The position numbers and the translations under genes were made by a program. 64,000 bases of DNA from Lysobacterales bacterium (lineage in GTDB: Bacteria; Pseudomonadota; Gammaproteobacteria; Xanthomonadales; BPKI01), in contig BPKI01000001.1 of assembly GCA_026005055.1 (NCBI GenBank), forward strand, positions 1,732,566 through 1,796,565, written 5' to 3'. Under the pieces are notes generated by a model. That model was not told the DNA's origin and ran no database searches. It was given only the letters and a program-made list of their open reading frames with translations. Positions 10,206 through 18,651 of the stretch are shown here, in pieces; position 1 is the first letter of the stretch; the number at the start of each line of letters is the position of its first letter.

Positions 10206-11726
10206 TTGATCATGCCGCTCGCCTGGCCGCTTTTGTCCGCGTGGCTTCTCTCAGGCGTTCCGGTGCAGCCGGGGCATACCGGGCTCTGGTACGACCCGGA
10301 GCATCCCGGTCACGGTCTTTTCCTCCACATCGTCTCGCCCGAGCAAGCCGCCCTCAGCTGGAACGTCTTCGATCGCGAAGGTCGTCCGCTGTGGCTTTTT
10401 GGCGACGGTCGGATTCGCGGCGAGCGGATCGAGTTCGAGGCCTTCGTCGTCGAGGGCGGCTCTTTCCCACCCCTGTACGACCCGGCCCAGGTGCGCTTGC
10501 AGCCTTGGGGCCGCCTGGAAATGGTTTTTCAGGACTGCGAGCGGGGCGAGCTTCGCTGGCAGCCTCTTTCCTCCGCGGAGGGCCGTCGGCCCGTCGTGCG
10601 CTTGAGCTTTGCTTCGGGTTCGACCTGCAAGGCGCTGACCGGCAGCTGGTCCTTTCTCGACCTCGGCGAGGCGCCCGCGCCAGCGGCGCAGGGCTGGCAC
10701 GGCCGGCGAAGCGCGCTCGCCAACGGCGAGCTGTTGATCGCCACCCGCGACGGACTGTGGCGGCGGCGGATCGACGGCGAAGGCGGCTTCGAACGCGCCG
10801 GCTTGGACGGGCACGAGGTGCTCTTCGTTCAGCGCGAAGCGGGAACGGGAGGGCGCCTGTTCGCTGGGGTGCGCTCGAATCGCCCTGATCTTCGGCCCTT
10901 TTTCGTCTCGGTGGACGGCGGTCGTTCCTGGCGCAACGCGCTGACCAGCCCTGCCGGCGTCGAGACGCCTTACGAGCACTTCATCGAGGTCCACGCGCAT
11001 CCGACCAGGGAGGAATGGCTTTTCGCTGCCCTCGAGGGGGGCGCAGGGATCGCCTACAGCCAGGACGGCGGCCGCAACTGGCGGCGCGCCGACGGCGCGC
11101 CCGAGCCCTATTTCGGCTATCCCTGCCATCTCGCCATCCTGCCCGCTTTTCCCGAAAGGCTCTACCAAGGCTGCGAGGCGATCCTCGATTACGTGGAGCT
11201 TCGCTACTACCCGATCGATTTCGGCCGCCATCCCCCGCTCGGCGAGGCGGTGGTCATCGCCCGCACCGGCGACTCGGAGCTGCCCGACCTCGGCAATCGC
11301 CGTCCCAATGCGCTCGGCTTTTCGAGCGGCCGACCCGACACGCTGTACGCGGGACTCGAGGGCGCGGTAGTCGCGCTCTCGCCTTTCCGCGGCCTCGAAC
11401 GGGTATTCTGGTCGCCGCTCGAGCCGCCTTCGAGCGAGCTTCCCTACGTGTACGTGCATACCCTTTGGGTCGCTCCGCGCAACCCCGCGCGCATCCTTTT
11501 CGGCGGCGGTCTCAACGGCGAAAACACCGTGCTCCATCTTTACGAGACCCGCGACCACGGCGCGAGCCTCACTCGCCTCCCCGCCCCTCTCTTGCGCGAT
11601 CCTCGGGTCGATTCCCTGCACGTCCTCGACGAGAACGGAACCGATCTTCTCGTCGCCGTGCTCGAGCGCTTGGCCGAATCGGAGCCGGAGCGGCTGCGTT
11701 TGCTGCGTTATCGGCTTCGTCCCTGA
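10206..11726 (+). CDS. Exported BNR/Asp-box repeat beta-propeller protein, function unknown
   Basis: Signal-like N-terminus and Asp-box motifs SVDGGRSW and SQDGGRNW (S-x-D-x-G-x-x-W). No catalytic family is recognisable. Confidence 0.5.
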   Translation: MIMPLAWPLLSAWLLSGVPVQPGHTGLWYDPEHPGHGLFLHIVSPEQAALSWNVFDREGRPLWLFGDGRIRGERIEFEAFVVEGGSFPPLYDPAQVRLQPWGRLEMVFQDCERGELRWQPLSSAEGRRPVVRLSFASGSTCKALTGSWSFLDLGEAPAPAAQGWHGRRSALANGELLIATRDGLWRRRIDGEGGFERAGLDGHEVLFVQREAGTGGRLFAGVRSNRPDLRPFFVSVDGGRSWRNALTSPAGVETPYEHFIEVHAHPTREEWLFAALEGGAGIAYSQDGGRNWRRADGAPEPYFGYPCHLAILPAFPERLYQGCEAILDYVELRYYPIDFGRHPPLGEAVVIARTGDSELPDLGNRRPNALGFSSGRPDTLYAGLEGAVVALSPFRGLERVFWSPLEPPSSELPYVYVHTLWVAPRNPARILFGGGLNGENTVLHLYETRDHGASLTRLPAPLLRDPRVDSLHVLDENGTDLLVAVLERLAESEPERLRLLRYRLRP

Positions 11727-11778
11727 GCGCGATGCGTTACATCAGGTAGCGTCTTTGCTTTATTCGCTAAGTCCTTGA

Positions 11779-11864
11779 TGGTGCCCGGGGCGGGACTCGA
11801 ACCCGCACGCCGATACGGCAAGGGATTTTAAGTCCCCAGCGTCTACCGGTTCCGCCACCCGGGC
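11779..11864 (-). tRNA. leuZ: tRNA-Leu (anticodon UAA), leuZ-like
   Basis: The reverse complement reads GCCCGGGTGGCGGAACCGGTAGACGCTGGGGACTTAAAATCCC...long variable arm...GGGTTCGAGTCCCGCCCCGGGCACCA. It is a class II tRNA with a CTTAAAA anticodon loop. Confidence 0.9.
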
Positions 11865-11956
11865 GCGCCATCAGTCTAACCGGCTCGGGAGCTGCGGCGG
11901 GCGGAAACCTCTGGCGGGATCGCCCGCAGATCCTGCGATTTGGCCACTGTGCACTC

Positions 11957-12713
11957 AGCCGCTCAAGGCAGGGATGCCCGATCCGGCGATGAGGGATGCC
12001 GGCCGAGGATGGCCGGTGCGCGGAGGGCGCAGGCGCCCGGAGCGGAGCGAAGCGAGGCTTGGCCGAGCGAGCGAGAAGCCGGTCGCGGCAGGGATGCCCG
12101 ATCCGGCGATGAGGGATGCCGGCCGAGGATGGCCGGTGCGCGGAGGGCGCAGGCGCCCGGAGCGGAGCGAAGCGAGGCTTGGCCGAGCGAGCGAGAAGCC
12201 GGTCGCGGCCGGGATGCCCGATCCGGCGATGAGGGATGCCGGCCGAGGATGGCCGGTGCGCGGAGGGCGCAGGCGCCCGGAGCGGAGCGAAGCGAGGCTT
12301 GGCCGAGCGAGCGAGAAGCCGGTCGCGGCCGGGATGCCCGATCCGGCGATGAGGGATGCCGGCCGAGGATGGCCGGTGCGCGGAGGGCGCAGGCGCCCGG
12401 AGCGGAGCGAAGCGAGGCTTGGCCGAGCGAGCGAGAAGCCGGTCGCGGCAGGGATGCCCGATCCGGCGATGAGGGATGCCGGCCGAGGATGGCCGGTGCG
12501 CGGAGGGCGCAGGCGCCCGGAGCGGAGCGAAGCGAGGCTTAGCCGAGCGAGCGAGAAGCCGGTCGCGGCCGGGATGCCCGATCCGGCGATGAGGGATGCC
12601 GGCCGAGGACGGCCGGTGCGCGGAGGGCGCAGGCGCCCGGAGCGGAGCGAAGCGAGGCTTGGCCGAGCGAGCGAGAAGCCGGTCGCGGCAGGATGCCCGA
12701 TCCGGCGATGAGA
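11957..12713. repeat. Tandem repeat array, 120-bp period, six full units plus degenerate/partial units at both ends
   Basis: The unit gggatgcccgatccggcgatgagggatgccggccgaggatggccggtgcgcggagggcgcaggcgcccggagcggagcgaagcgaggcttggccgagcgagcgagaagccggtcgcggc[a/c] restarts at 11971, 12091, 12211, 12331, 12451 and 12571. A truncated copy starts at 12691. The full units differ at only three positions: the last base of the unit (a/c), 12541 and 12610. Confidence 0.95.
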
Positions 12714-12716
12714 GAT

Positions 12717-12790
12717 TGGAGGCCAGGGTCGGAATCGAACCGGCGTACACGGCTTTGCAGGCCGCTGCATAACCACTCTGCCACCTGGCC
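12717..12790 (-). tRNA. cysT: tRNA-Cys (anticodon GCA), cysT-like
   Basis: The reverse complement reads GGCCAGGTGGCAGAGTGGTTATGCAGCGGCCTGCAAAGCCGTGTACGCCGGTTCGATTCCGACCCTGGCCTCCA. It has a CTGCAAA anticodon loop, the U73 discriminator and an encoded CCA. Confidence 0.9.
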
Positions 12791-12861
12791 CCGATCGCAC
12801 GCCCGAACGCTCGCGCGCGCCTGCGGGCTGCATCCTTCATCCGTCGTGACGGATGCTTTTG

Positions 12862-12892
12862 AAAAAACGAGACCCCGACGGGCGGGGTCTCG
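12862..12892 (-). terminator. Rho-independent terminator-like hairpin plus T-run just downstream of tRNA-Gly
   Basis: The minus strand reads CGAGACCCCGCCCGTCGGGGTCTCG followed by TTTTTT. This is a 10-bp perfect GC-rich stem with a 5-nt loop and a 6-T tail. Confidence 0.7.
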
Positions 12893-12898
12893 CGGGAA

Positions 12899-12974
<76 letters not shown>

Positions 12975-13011
12975 ACGCCGAGCCAACATTGTAAAAGCGC
13001 ATCCCGGACTG

Positions 13012-13581
13012 TCAAGGCTGATCCGCGCGCTCGCGCATGATGGGCCAGGCCGCACGCAAATAGACCGCCCCTGACCAGAGGGTGAGGAGGGCGGCGAGAA
13101 GCAACAACGCCTGCCCGGTGAGGTAGATCGGGAATCCGAACAGGTCCTCGCGATAGAGCAGCATCACCAAGGCGATCATCTGGAAGATCGTCTTGATCTT
13201 GCCGATCCCGGCGACCTTGACCCGTGCCCGCTGCCCCATGCTCGCCATCCATTCGCGCAACGCCGAGACGCTGATTTCGCGCCCGACGATGATCGCGCCG
13301 AGGACGGCCATCAACGGCGTCGGATCGGCCGAGACCAGCAGGAAGAGCGCAAAAGTCACTGCAAGCTTGTCGGCCACCGGATCGAGCAAGGCACCGAGAG
13401 GCGAGGCCTGACCGAAGCGCCGGGCGACCCAGCCATCCAGCCCATCGGTGATCGCGGCGAGGGCGAAGACCAGGGCGGCCGCAAAATGCGTCCACTGGTA
13501 AGGGAGGTAGAACACGACCACGAGCACCGGCAACAGTGCGATTCGCAGGAGGGTGAGTAGCGTGGCGAGATTGAGCTTCAC
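13012..13581 (-). CDS. pgsA: CDP-diacylglycerol--glycerol-3-phosphate 3-phosphatidyltransferase
   Basis: 189 aa containing the CDP-alcohol phosphatidyltransferase motif (DGLDGWVARRFGQASPLGALLDPVADK). The GTG start overlaps the uvrC stop (GTGA). The uvrC-pgsA-tRNA synteny matches E. coli. Confidence 0.92.
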   Translation of the reverse strand: MKLNLATLLTLLRIALLPVLVVVFYLPYQWTHFAAALVFALAAITDGLDGWVARRFGQASPLGALLDPVADKLAVTFALFLLVSADPTPLMAVLGAIIVGREISVSALREWMASMGQRARVKVAGIGKIKTIFQMIALVMLLYREDLFGFPIYLTGQALLLLAALLTLWSGAVYLRAAWPIMRERADQP

Positions 13582-15401
13582 GTCGAGGGAGAGTGAAGAG
13601 CCTGGTAAATGCGCTCGGCCAGAACGCGGTGAATGCCGGGAACTCGCATGAGATCCGCGATTTCGGCGGCGCGCACCCCATCCCAGCCGCCGAAATGATG
13701 CAGCAGCTGGCGGCGCCGGTGGGGACCGATGCCGGGAATATCCTCGAGCCGGCTGCGCGATCGTGAGCGATCGCGCAGTCGTCGGTGCCCCTCCAGTGCG
13801 AAACGGTGCGCTTCGTCGCGTACCGCGCGCAGCAGGACGAAACCCTCGTCGTGCGCGTCTGGCTCGAGGGTTTCGCCTCGGCTGAGATGCAGGGTTTCTC
13901 GCCCCGATCGCCGTTCCTCGCCCTTGGCGATCGCCACCAGCAGCGGGGGTTTCTCCACCCCGACCCGCTCGAGGGCCGCCTTCGCATGACTGAGCTGGCC
14001 GCTGCCGCCGTCGATCAGGAGCAGGTCCGGCGCCGGATACTCACCGGCGAGGATGCGCCGCCAGCGCCGCTCCAAGGCTCGTTCGAGCGCGGCGAGGTCA
14101 TCGCCCGGGGCGATGCCCGTGATGCGGAAACGACGATATTCGCGTCGCGCGGGGGCACCGTCGATGAACACGACGCAGGAGGCGACGGCCGCCTCGCCCA
14201 TCGTGTGGCTGACGTCGAAGCACTCGATCCGATGCGGCACCGCCTGCAAGTCGAGCAATTTCACGAGTGCCATCAGCCGGTCGGCACGCTGCTCGCGCGC
14301 GGCGCGCGCGGTGGAGAGAGCAGCCTCGGCGTTACGGATCGCGAGCTCGAGCCAACGCCTACGGGGGCCGCGAGCGGCGAGCAGCCGCACTTCCCCGCCG
14401 GCGCGTTGCGACAGTCCTCGCGCGAGCCATTCGCCTTGGGGTACCTCTTCGAGCACGATTTCCGGAGGCGGCATCCGGTCGAGGTAATACTGCCCGAGGA
14501 AGGACTCGAGCACCTCGCGTTCCGCAGTACCCGGCGGAACCCTGGGAAAGTAGCTGCGCCCCCCCAGGTTCGCGCCGTTGCGGAAGAACAGGAATTGGAC
14601 GCAGTAGAGCGTGCCCGAGCGTCGGCAGACCGCCACATCGAAATCCCCCGCGCTCTCACATCTTTGACCGGCTTGGTGTTCGCGTAAGCGGGCGATCGCA
14701 TCGCGAAGCCGGGCGGCGCGCTCGAAATCGAGCTCGGAGGCGGCGGCCTCCATGTCGCGGACGAGCGTGTGCAGCAGTTCGGCTCCCCGGCCCTCCAGGA
14801 ATCGTCGGGCGTGATCGACGTCGCGACGATACTCCTCTTCTCCGATCAGGCCCACGCAGGGCGCCGAGCAGCGCCCGATCTGGTGTTCCAGGCAAGGCCG
14901 GGTGCGATTGCGAAACACGGAGTCCTCGCAGGTCCTCAGACGGAAGAGCCGCTGCAGAGTCCCGAGGATTTCGCGTACCGCGGCCGCGCTCGGGTAGGGA
15001 CCGAAAAGGCGGCCGCGGCCGCGAAAAGTACCGCGATGGAAAGCGATGCGAGGAAATCGCTCGCGCTCGTCGAAGAGCACATACGGATAACTCTTGTCGT
15101 CGCGGAGCAGGACGTTGTAGCGCGGGCGATGCAGTTTGATCAGCCGGCTTTCGAGGAGGAGCGCCTCCCCTTCGCTGGCCGTGAGCGTGACCCGGATCCC
15201 CGCGACCCGGCTGACCATCGCACGCAGACGCGCATCGGCCAGCGATCGGGAGAAGTAACTCTCGACGCGTCGCCTGAGGTTGCGGGCCTTGCCCACGTAG
15301 AGCACCTTGCCTGCGGCGTCGAGCATTTCGTAGACGCCCGTCGCCTCGCTCAGCGTCCGGGCGTAGCCGAGGGCGTCAAAAGCGCGGTTGCGATCGCTCA
15401 G
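13578..15401 (-). CDS. uvrC: Excinuclease ABC subunit C
   Basis: It has a GIY-YIG N-terminus (GVYEMLDAAGKVLYVGKARNLRRRV), a UvrB-binding/UVR region, an endonuclease V-like domain and a C-terminal (HhH)2 (IPGIGPHRRRQLLHHFG). The start is set at the CTG at 15401 by N-terminal alignment to E. coli UvrC; the 15512 start in the track adds an Arg-rich 37-aa extension overlapping the upstream gene. Confidence 0.9.
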   Translation of the reverse strand: MSDRNRAFDALGYARTLSEATGVYEMLDAAGKVLYVGKARNLRRRVESYFSRSLADARLRAMVSRVAGIRVTLTASEGEALLLESRLIKLHRPRYNVLLRDDKSYPYVLFDERERFPRIAFHRGTFRGRGRLFGPYPSAAAVREILGTLQRLFRLRTCEDSVFRNRTRPCLEHQIGRCSAPCVGLIGEEEYRRDVDHARRFLEGRGAELLHTLVRDMEAAASELDFERAARLRDAIARLREHQAGQRCESAGDFDVAVCRRSGTLYCVQFLFFRNGANLGGRSYFPRVPPGTAEREVLESFLGQYYLDRMPPPEIVLEEVPQGEWLARGLSQRAGGEVRLLAARGPRRRWLELAIRNAEAALSTARAAREQRADRLMALVKLLDLQAVPHRIECFDVSHTMGEAAVASCVVFIDGAPARREYRRFRITGIAPGDDLAALERALERRWRRILAGEYPAPDLLLIDGGSGQLSHAKAALERVGVEKPPLLVAIAKGEERRSGRETLHLSRGETLEPDAHDEGFVLLRAVRDEAHRFALEGHRRLRDRSRSRSRLEDIPGIGPHRRRQLLHHFGGWDGVRAAEIADLMRVPGIHRVLAERIYQALHSPST

Positions 15402-16852
15402 AAGTGGACCTCGATGTCGTCGAACACTCCCTGGCGGACGTCGAAACGGCACAGCCTGTGGAGTCCCCGCTCGAGCCACCACACGATGCCGCCGGCGGCA
15501 TCGATGGCGCATGGCTCCTCGGGCGCCAAGGGCAGATCGAGCGTCTCGACCGTACCACGCCGGAGATCGGCGATGCGGATCGCGTCATTGTAGGTGTCGG
15601 CGATCCACAGCTTTCGCTCCGTCGCCTCGTAGGTGAGGTCGAGCGGATACTGAAAACGCGCGGCGAGCCACTCGCCGTCTTCGCTTCCGAAATCGAAGGG
15701 TCCTCCGCCGATGATGCGATGTGGCGATTGCTGAGGCCCATCGACCGCGCGGATCAGGTTGGCATCCGCATCGGCGACGAAGAGGCGCCCGTCGCGGAAA
15801 CACATGCCCGAAGGCTCGAGCCAATGACCGGACTCCTCGATCGGAAGCGGGTCGTGGAAACCGTCGCCGGAGTAAGGCGACAAACGCCCGTTGTCCGGTG
15901 AGAACAAGCAGATCTGACGCCATTGTCGCATCGCGACGAAGAGCCGCTCCCCGTCCGTCGCGAGACCCCAGGGTTCGCCCAGGGCCGTGAAACGAGCATC
16001 CACCGGAGCGCTCAAGGGTTGGCCGCTGCGGCCGGTGCCGGCGACCGTTTCCACGATGCCTCGGGCGAGATCGATACTGCGCAGGGCCTCGTTGCCCGCA
16101 TCGGCGACGAACAGTCGGTGGCCGATTACGGCCAGGCCCTGGGGGTAGCGGAAGGCCGCCTCATGCCCTGGCCCATCCATCAAGCCCGGCTCGCCGCGAC
16201 CGTAGACGCGCTGAATGGTTCCGTCGAGCCGGCATTGCACGATGCGGTGATTGCCGCTATCGGCGATGAAGATGCGTTCGCGCTCCACGAGCAGCGCCGA
16301 TGGAAAACGGATCGCCTGGCGCTGCGCGGCGGAGACCGCGCGGCAGCCCGAGGGCCCGAAGCGGCGCTGATCCAGCCGCAAGGCCTCATCGAGCACCGCC
16401 TCGATCTGGGCCTGGAGACGCGAAGCCTGGCCCGCCCCGACCGCACGTGCCGCCTCGCGACCCGATACGTCGAGGACGACCACCGTGGGCCAGGCTTCGA
16501 CGGCGAGCGACTGCCAGAGTCGGAAGTCGGGATCGTGGAAGCTCGGAAATCGCAATCCGAGCCGCTCCACGGCTCGCCGAGCGAGCTCCGCCGAACGCTC
16601 CCGCGGGTACTTCGGCGTGTGGATCGCGACTACGGTGAGTCCATCGTCCAGCACTCGCTGCAATTCGTCGAGTTCGCGCAGCATCCGCTCGCAGCAGGCA
16701 CCGCTCGCGGACCAGAACGTGAGGGCCACCGCCCGTCCGGCGAGTTCCGACAGCGAAAGCGGCTCCGCCGAGTCCAAGCGCAGCAGGTTCGGCGGTAGGG
16801 TCACCGGCGGGCGGCGCTTCGTGGAGGGAATCAGCAAGGTGGTGTTGGACAT
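15398..16852 (-). CDS. Thioredoxin-fold (TlpA/AhpC-like) domain fused to an NHL-repeat beta-propeller (NHLRC2-like)
   Basis: The N-terminus has a redoxin-like LTFWSASGACCERM...VVAIHTPKYPRE. The C-terminus has repeated NHL signatures: IADSGNHRIVQ, VADAGNEALRSID, VADADANLIRAVD and IADTYNDAIRIADL. Confidence 0.7.
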   Translation of the reverse strand: MSNTTLLIPSTKRRPPVTLPPNLLRLDSAEPLSLSELAGRAVALTFWSASGACCERMLRELDELQRVLDDGLTVVAIHTPKYPRERSAELARRAVERLGLRFPSFHDPDFRLWQSLAVEAWPTVVVLDVSGREAARAVGAGQASRLQAQIEAVLDEALRLDQRRFGPSGCRAVSAAQRQAIRFPSALLVERERIFIADSGNHRIVQCRLDGTIQRVYGRGEPGLMDGPGHEAAFRYPQGLAVIGHRLFVADAGNEALRSIDLARGIVETVAGTGRSGQPLSAPVDARFTALGEPWGLATDGERLFVAMRQWRQICLFSPDNGRLSPYSGDGFHDPLPIEESGHWLEPSGMCFRDGRLFVADADANLIRAVDGPQQSPHRIIGGGPFDFGSEDGEWLAARFQYPLDLTYEATERKLWIADTYNDAIRIADLRRGTVETLDLPLAPEEPCAIDAAGGIVWWLERGLHRLCRFDVRQGVFDDIEVHF

Positions 16853-16891
16853 CGTCCTCGCTCTCGGAACGGGTGGAGCGCGGGCTGGAGT

Positions 16892-17674
16892 CTACCCGCT
16901 CGCGGGCGCATGGGAAGCCATCGACCCGCGAAGAAGCGCTTCCGCGCGGGCGAGGTCGGCTTCGTTGTCCACACCCGCGGGCCAGGGGCTCTCCCAACGG
17001 CCGACCGCGATCGCCTCTCCGGCCTCGAGCATCCTGAGCTGCTCCAGAGCCTCGATGCGCTCGAGCGGCGAGATCGGAAGTCGCGCGAAGGCGGCGAGGA
17101 AGCCTGCGCGGTAGGCGTAGATGCCGATGTGCCGCAGCCAAAGCCCGCCTTCCGGAATGCGTAGCTGGTCGTGGGCGAAATGGTCCCGCGCCCAGGGGAT
17201 CGGTGCGCGGCTGAAGTAAAGCGCCCGGCCGTTGCGGTCGCAGACCACCTTCACGCAATCGGGATCGAAGATTTCCTGCGCGCGCTCGATCGGCCTCGCC
17301 AGGGTGGCGACCGGGCAACCGCTCTCCCTGAGGAGCCCCGCCAACCGTGGGGGCGCTTCGGGCGGAGCGAAGGGTTCGTCCCCCTGCAGGTTCACGACGA
17401 TGGTCTCTGCGTCGAGGCCAAGCGCTTGCGCCGCCGCAGCGATTCGATCGCTGCCCGAGGGGAGGCTCGGATCCGTGAGCACCCATTCGACCTCGCCGGC
17501 CGCCTCGGCCACGGCCGGATCGTCCACGGCAAGCACCACGCGTGCGCCTAGACAGCGTCGCGCGCGTTCGACCACGTGGGCGATCAACGCTCGGCCGGCG
17601 AGCGGCCGTAGGGGCTTGTCCGGAAGGCGCGTGGCAGCTCGTCGCGCGGGGATCAGGATCACGTAATCGCTCAT
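16892..17674 (-). CDS. kdsB: 3-deoxy-manno-octulosonate cytidylyltransferase (CMP-KDO synthetase)
   Basis: Contains MSDYVILIPARRAATRLPDKPL, NLQGDEP and GIYAYRAGFL. An ATGA overlap links it to the lpxK stop. Confidence 0.92.
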   Translation of the reverse strand: MSDYVILIPARRAATRLPDKPLRPLAGRALIAHVVERARRCLGARVVLAVDDPAVAEAAGEVEWVLTDPSLPSGSDRIAAAAQALGLDAETIVVNLQGDEPFAPPEAPPRLAGLLRESGCPVATLARPIERAQEIFDPDCVKVVCDRNGRALYFSRAPIPWARDHFAHDQLRIPEGGLWLRHIGIYAYRAGFLAAFARLPISPLERIEALEQLRMLEAGEAIAVGRWESPWPAGVDNEADLARAEALLRGSMASHAPASG

Positions 17675-18651
17675 GGGGGCGCGATTCTCGACAGCACGGT
17701 GTCGATCACGGTCTCGGGCAGAATGGCTTTGCTCTCCAGATACCAGACCTCGCGAGCGCCGAGAGCGGCGCCGAACAGTTTGACCGCATCCTTGCGCGTG
17801 ATGAGCAGCGGCAATTCGGGCGACTCGGAGGGAAGCTCGCGCAGCGGCGCGTGGTCAGGCAGGGGAAGGCGAAGGCGCAGGTGGACGCCCAGCGCTTCGA
17901 GGTCGGCGAAGAAGCGCTCCGGCCGCGCGATCGCCGCAGCCGCGATCGCTTCCCGGCCGGCGAATGCGGTGATCGGAGCGCTCTCCTCGGAGCCCAGGCG
18001 ACGGAAGCGTACTGGTTCGATACGAAAGCCGCGGCGCTCTCCACCGCCGCGACCATCGCGCACCAGCACCAGATCGGCCCGTTCGAGGCGAGCGGGATGC
18101 TCGCGCAGGGGACCCGCCGGAAGGAGCCGGCCATTCCCGAAGCCGAGCGTGCCATCCACCAGCACGATTTCGACATCGCGCGCGAGCCGATGGTGCTGCA
18201 AGCCATCGTCGCTCAAGATGACATCGACTTTGCCGCTCGAGGCCAGGACGCGCGCCGCGCGTGCCCGATCGGCGGCGACGACCACGGGACAGCCAGCCGC
18301 GATCCGGATCTCGAGCGGCTCGTCACCCACCTGCTCGGCTGCCGCTCCTGGCTCGACCCATCGCAATCCCCTGCCCCACCGACCGTAGCCGCGGCTCACC
18401 ACCCCCGGGCGCAGTCCCCGCTCGGCCAGTGCTTCGGCGAGCGCGATCACCACGGGGGTCTTGCCGGTGCCGCCCACGGTGAGATTGCCGATCACGATCA
18501 CCGGAACGCCGGGATGGATCCGCCTGCGCCAGCCCCGCCGGTAAAGGGCCTCGCGCAAGGCGATGAGACGGGCATAGAGGCGCTCGAGCGCGCCAAGCCA
18601 GCCCGGCACCGGCATTCCGCAGTACCAACGGGCCTCGAGCCATTCCCTCAA
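17671..18651 (-). CDS. lpxK: Tetraacyldisaccharide 4'-kinase
   Basis: Contains VPVIVIGNLTVGGTGKTPVVIALAEAL...GVVSRGYG. No ATG precedes the conserved N-terminus, and the TTG at 18651 overlaps the msbA stop (TTGA), giving about 326 aa as in E. coli LpxK. The 490-aa track ORF is over-extended into msbA. Confidence 0.88.
   Translation of the reverse strand: MREWLEARWYCGMPVPGWLGALERLYARLIALREALYRRGWRRRIHPGVPVIVIGNLTVGGTGKTPVVIALAEALAERGLRPGVVSRGYGRWGRGLRWVEPGAAAEQVGDEPLEIRIAAGCPVVVAADRARAARVLASSGKVDVILSDDGLQHHRLARDVEIVLVDGTLGFGNGRLLPAGPLREHPARLERADLVLVRDGRGGGERRGFRIEPVRFRRLGSEESAPITAFAGREAIAAAAIARPERFFADLEALGVHLRLRLPLPDHAPLRELPSESPELPLLITRKDAVKLFGAALGAREVWYLESKAILPETVIDTVLSRIAPP

Noticed and set aside
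11957-12713. Possible CRISPR array.
   Set aside because: The repeats are directly abutting 120-bp units with no unique spacers, far longer than CRISPR repeats. There are no cas genes in the window.
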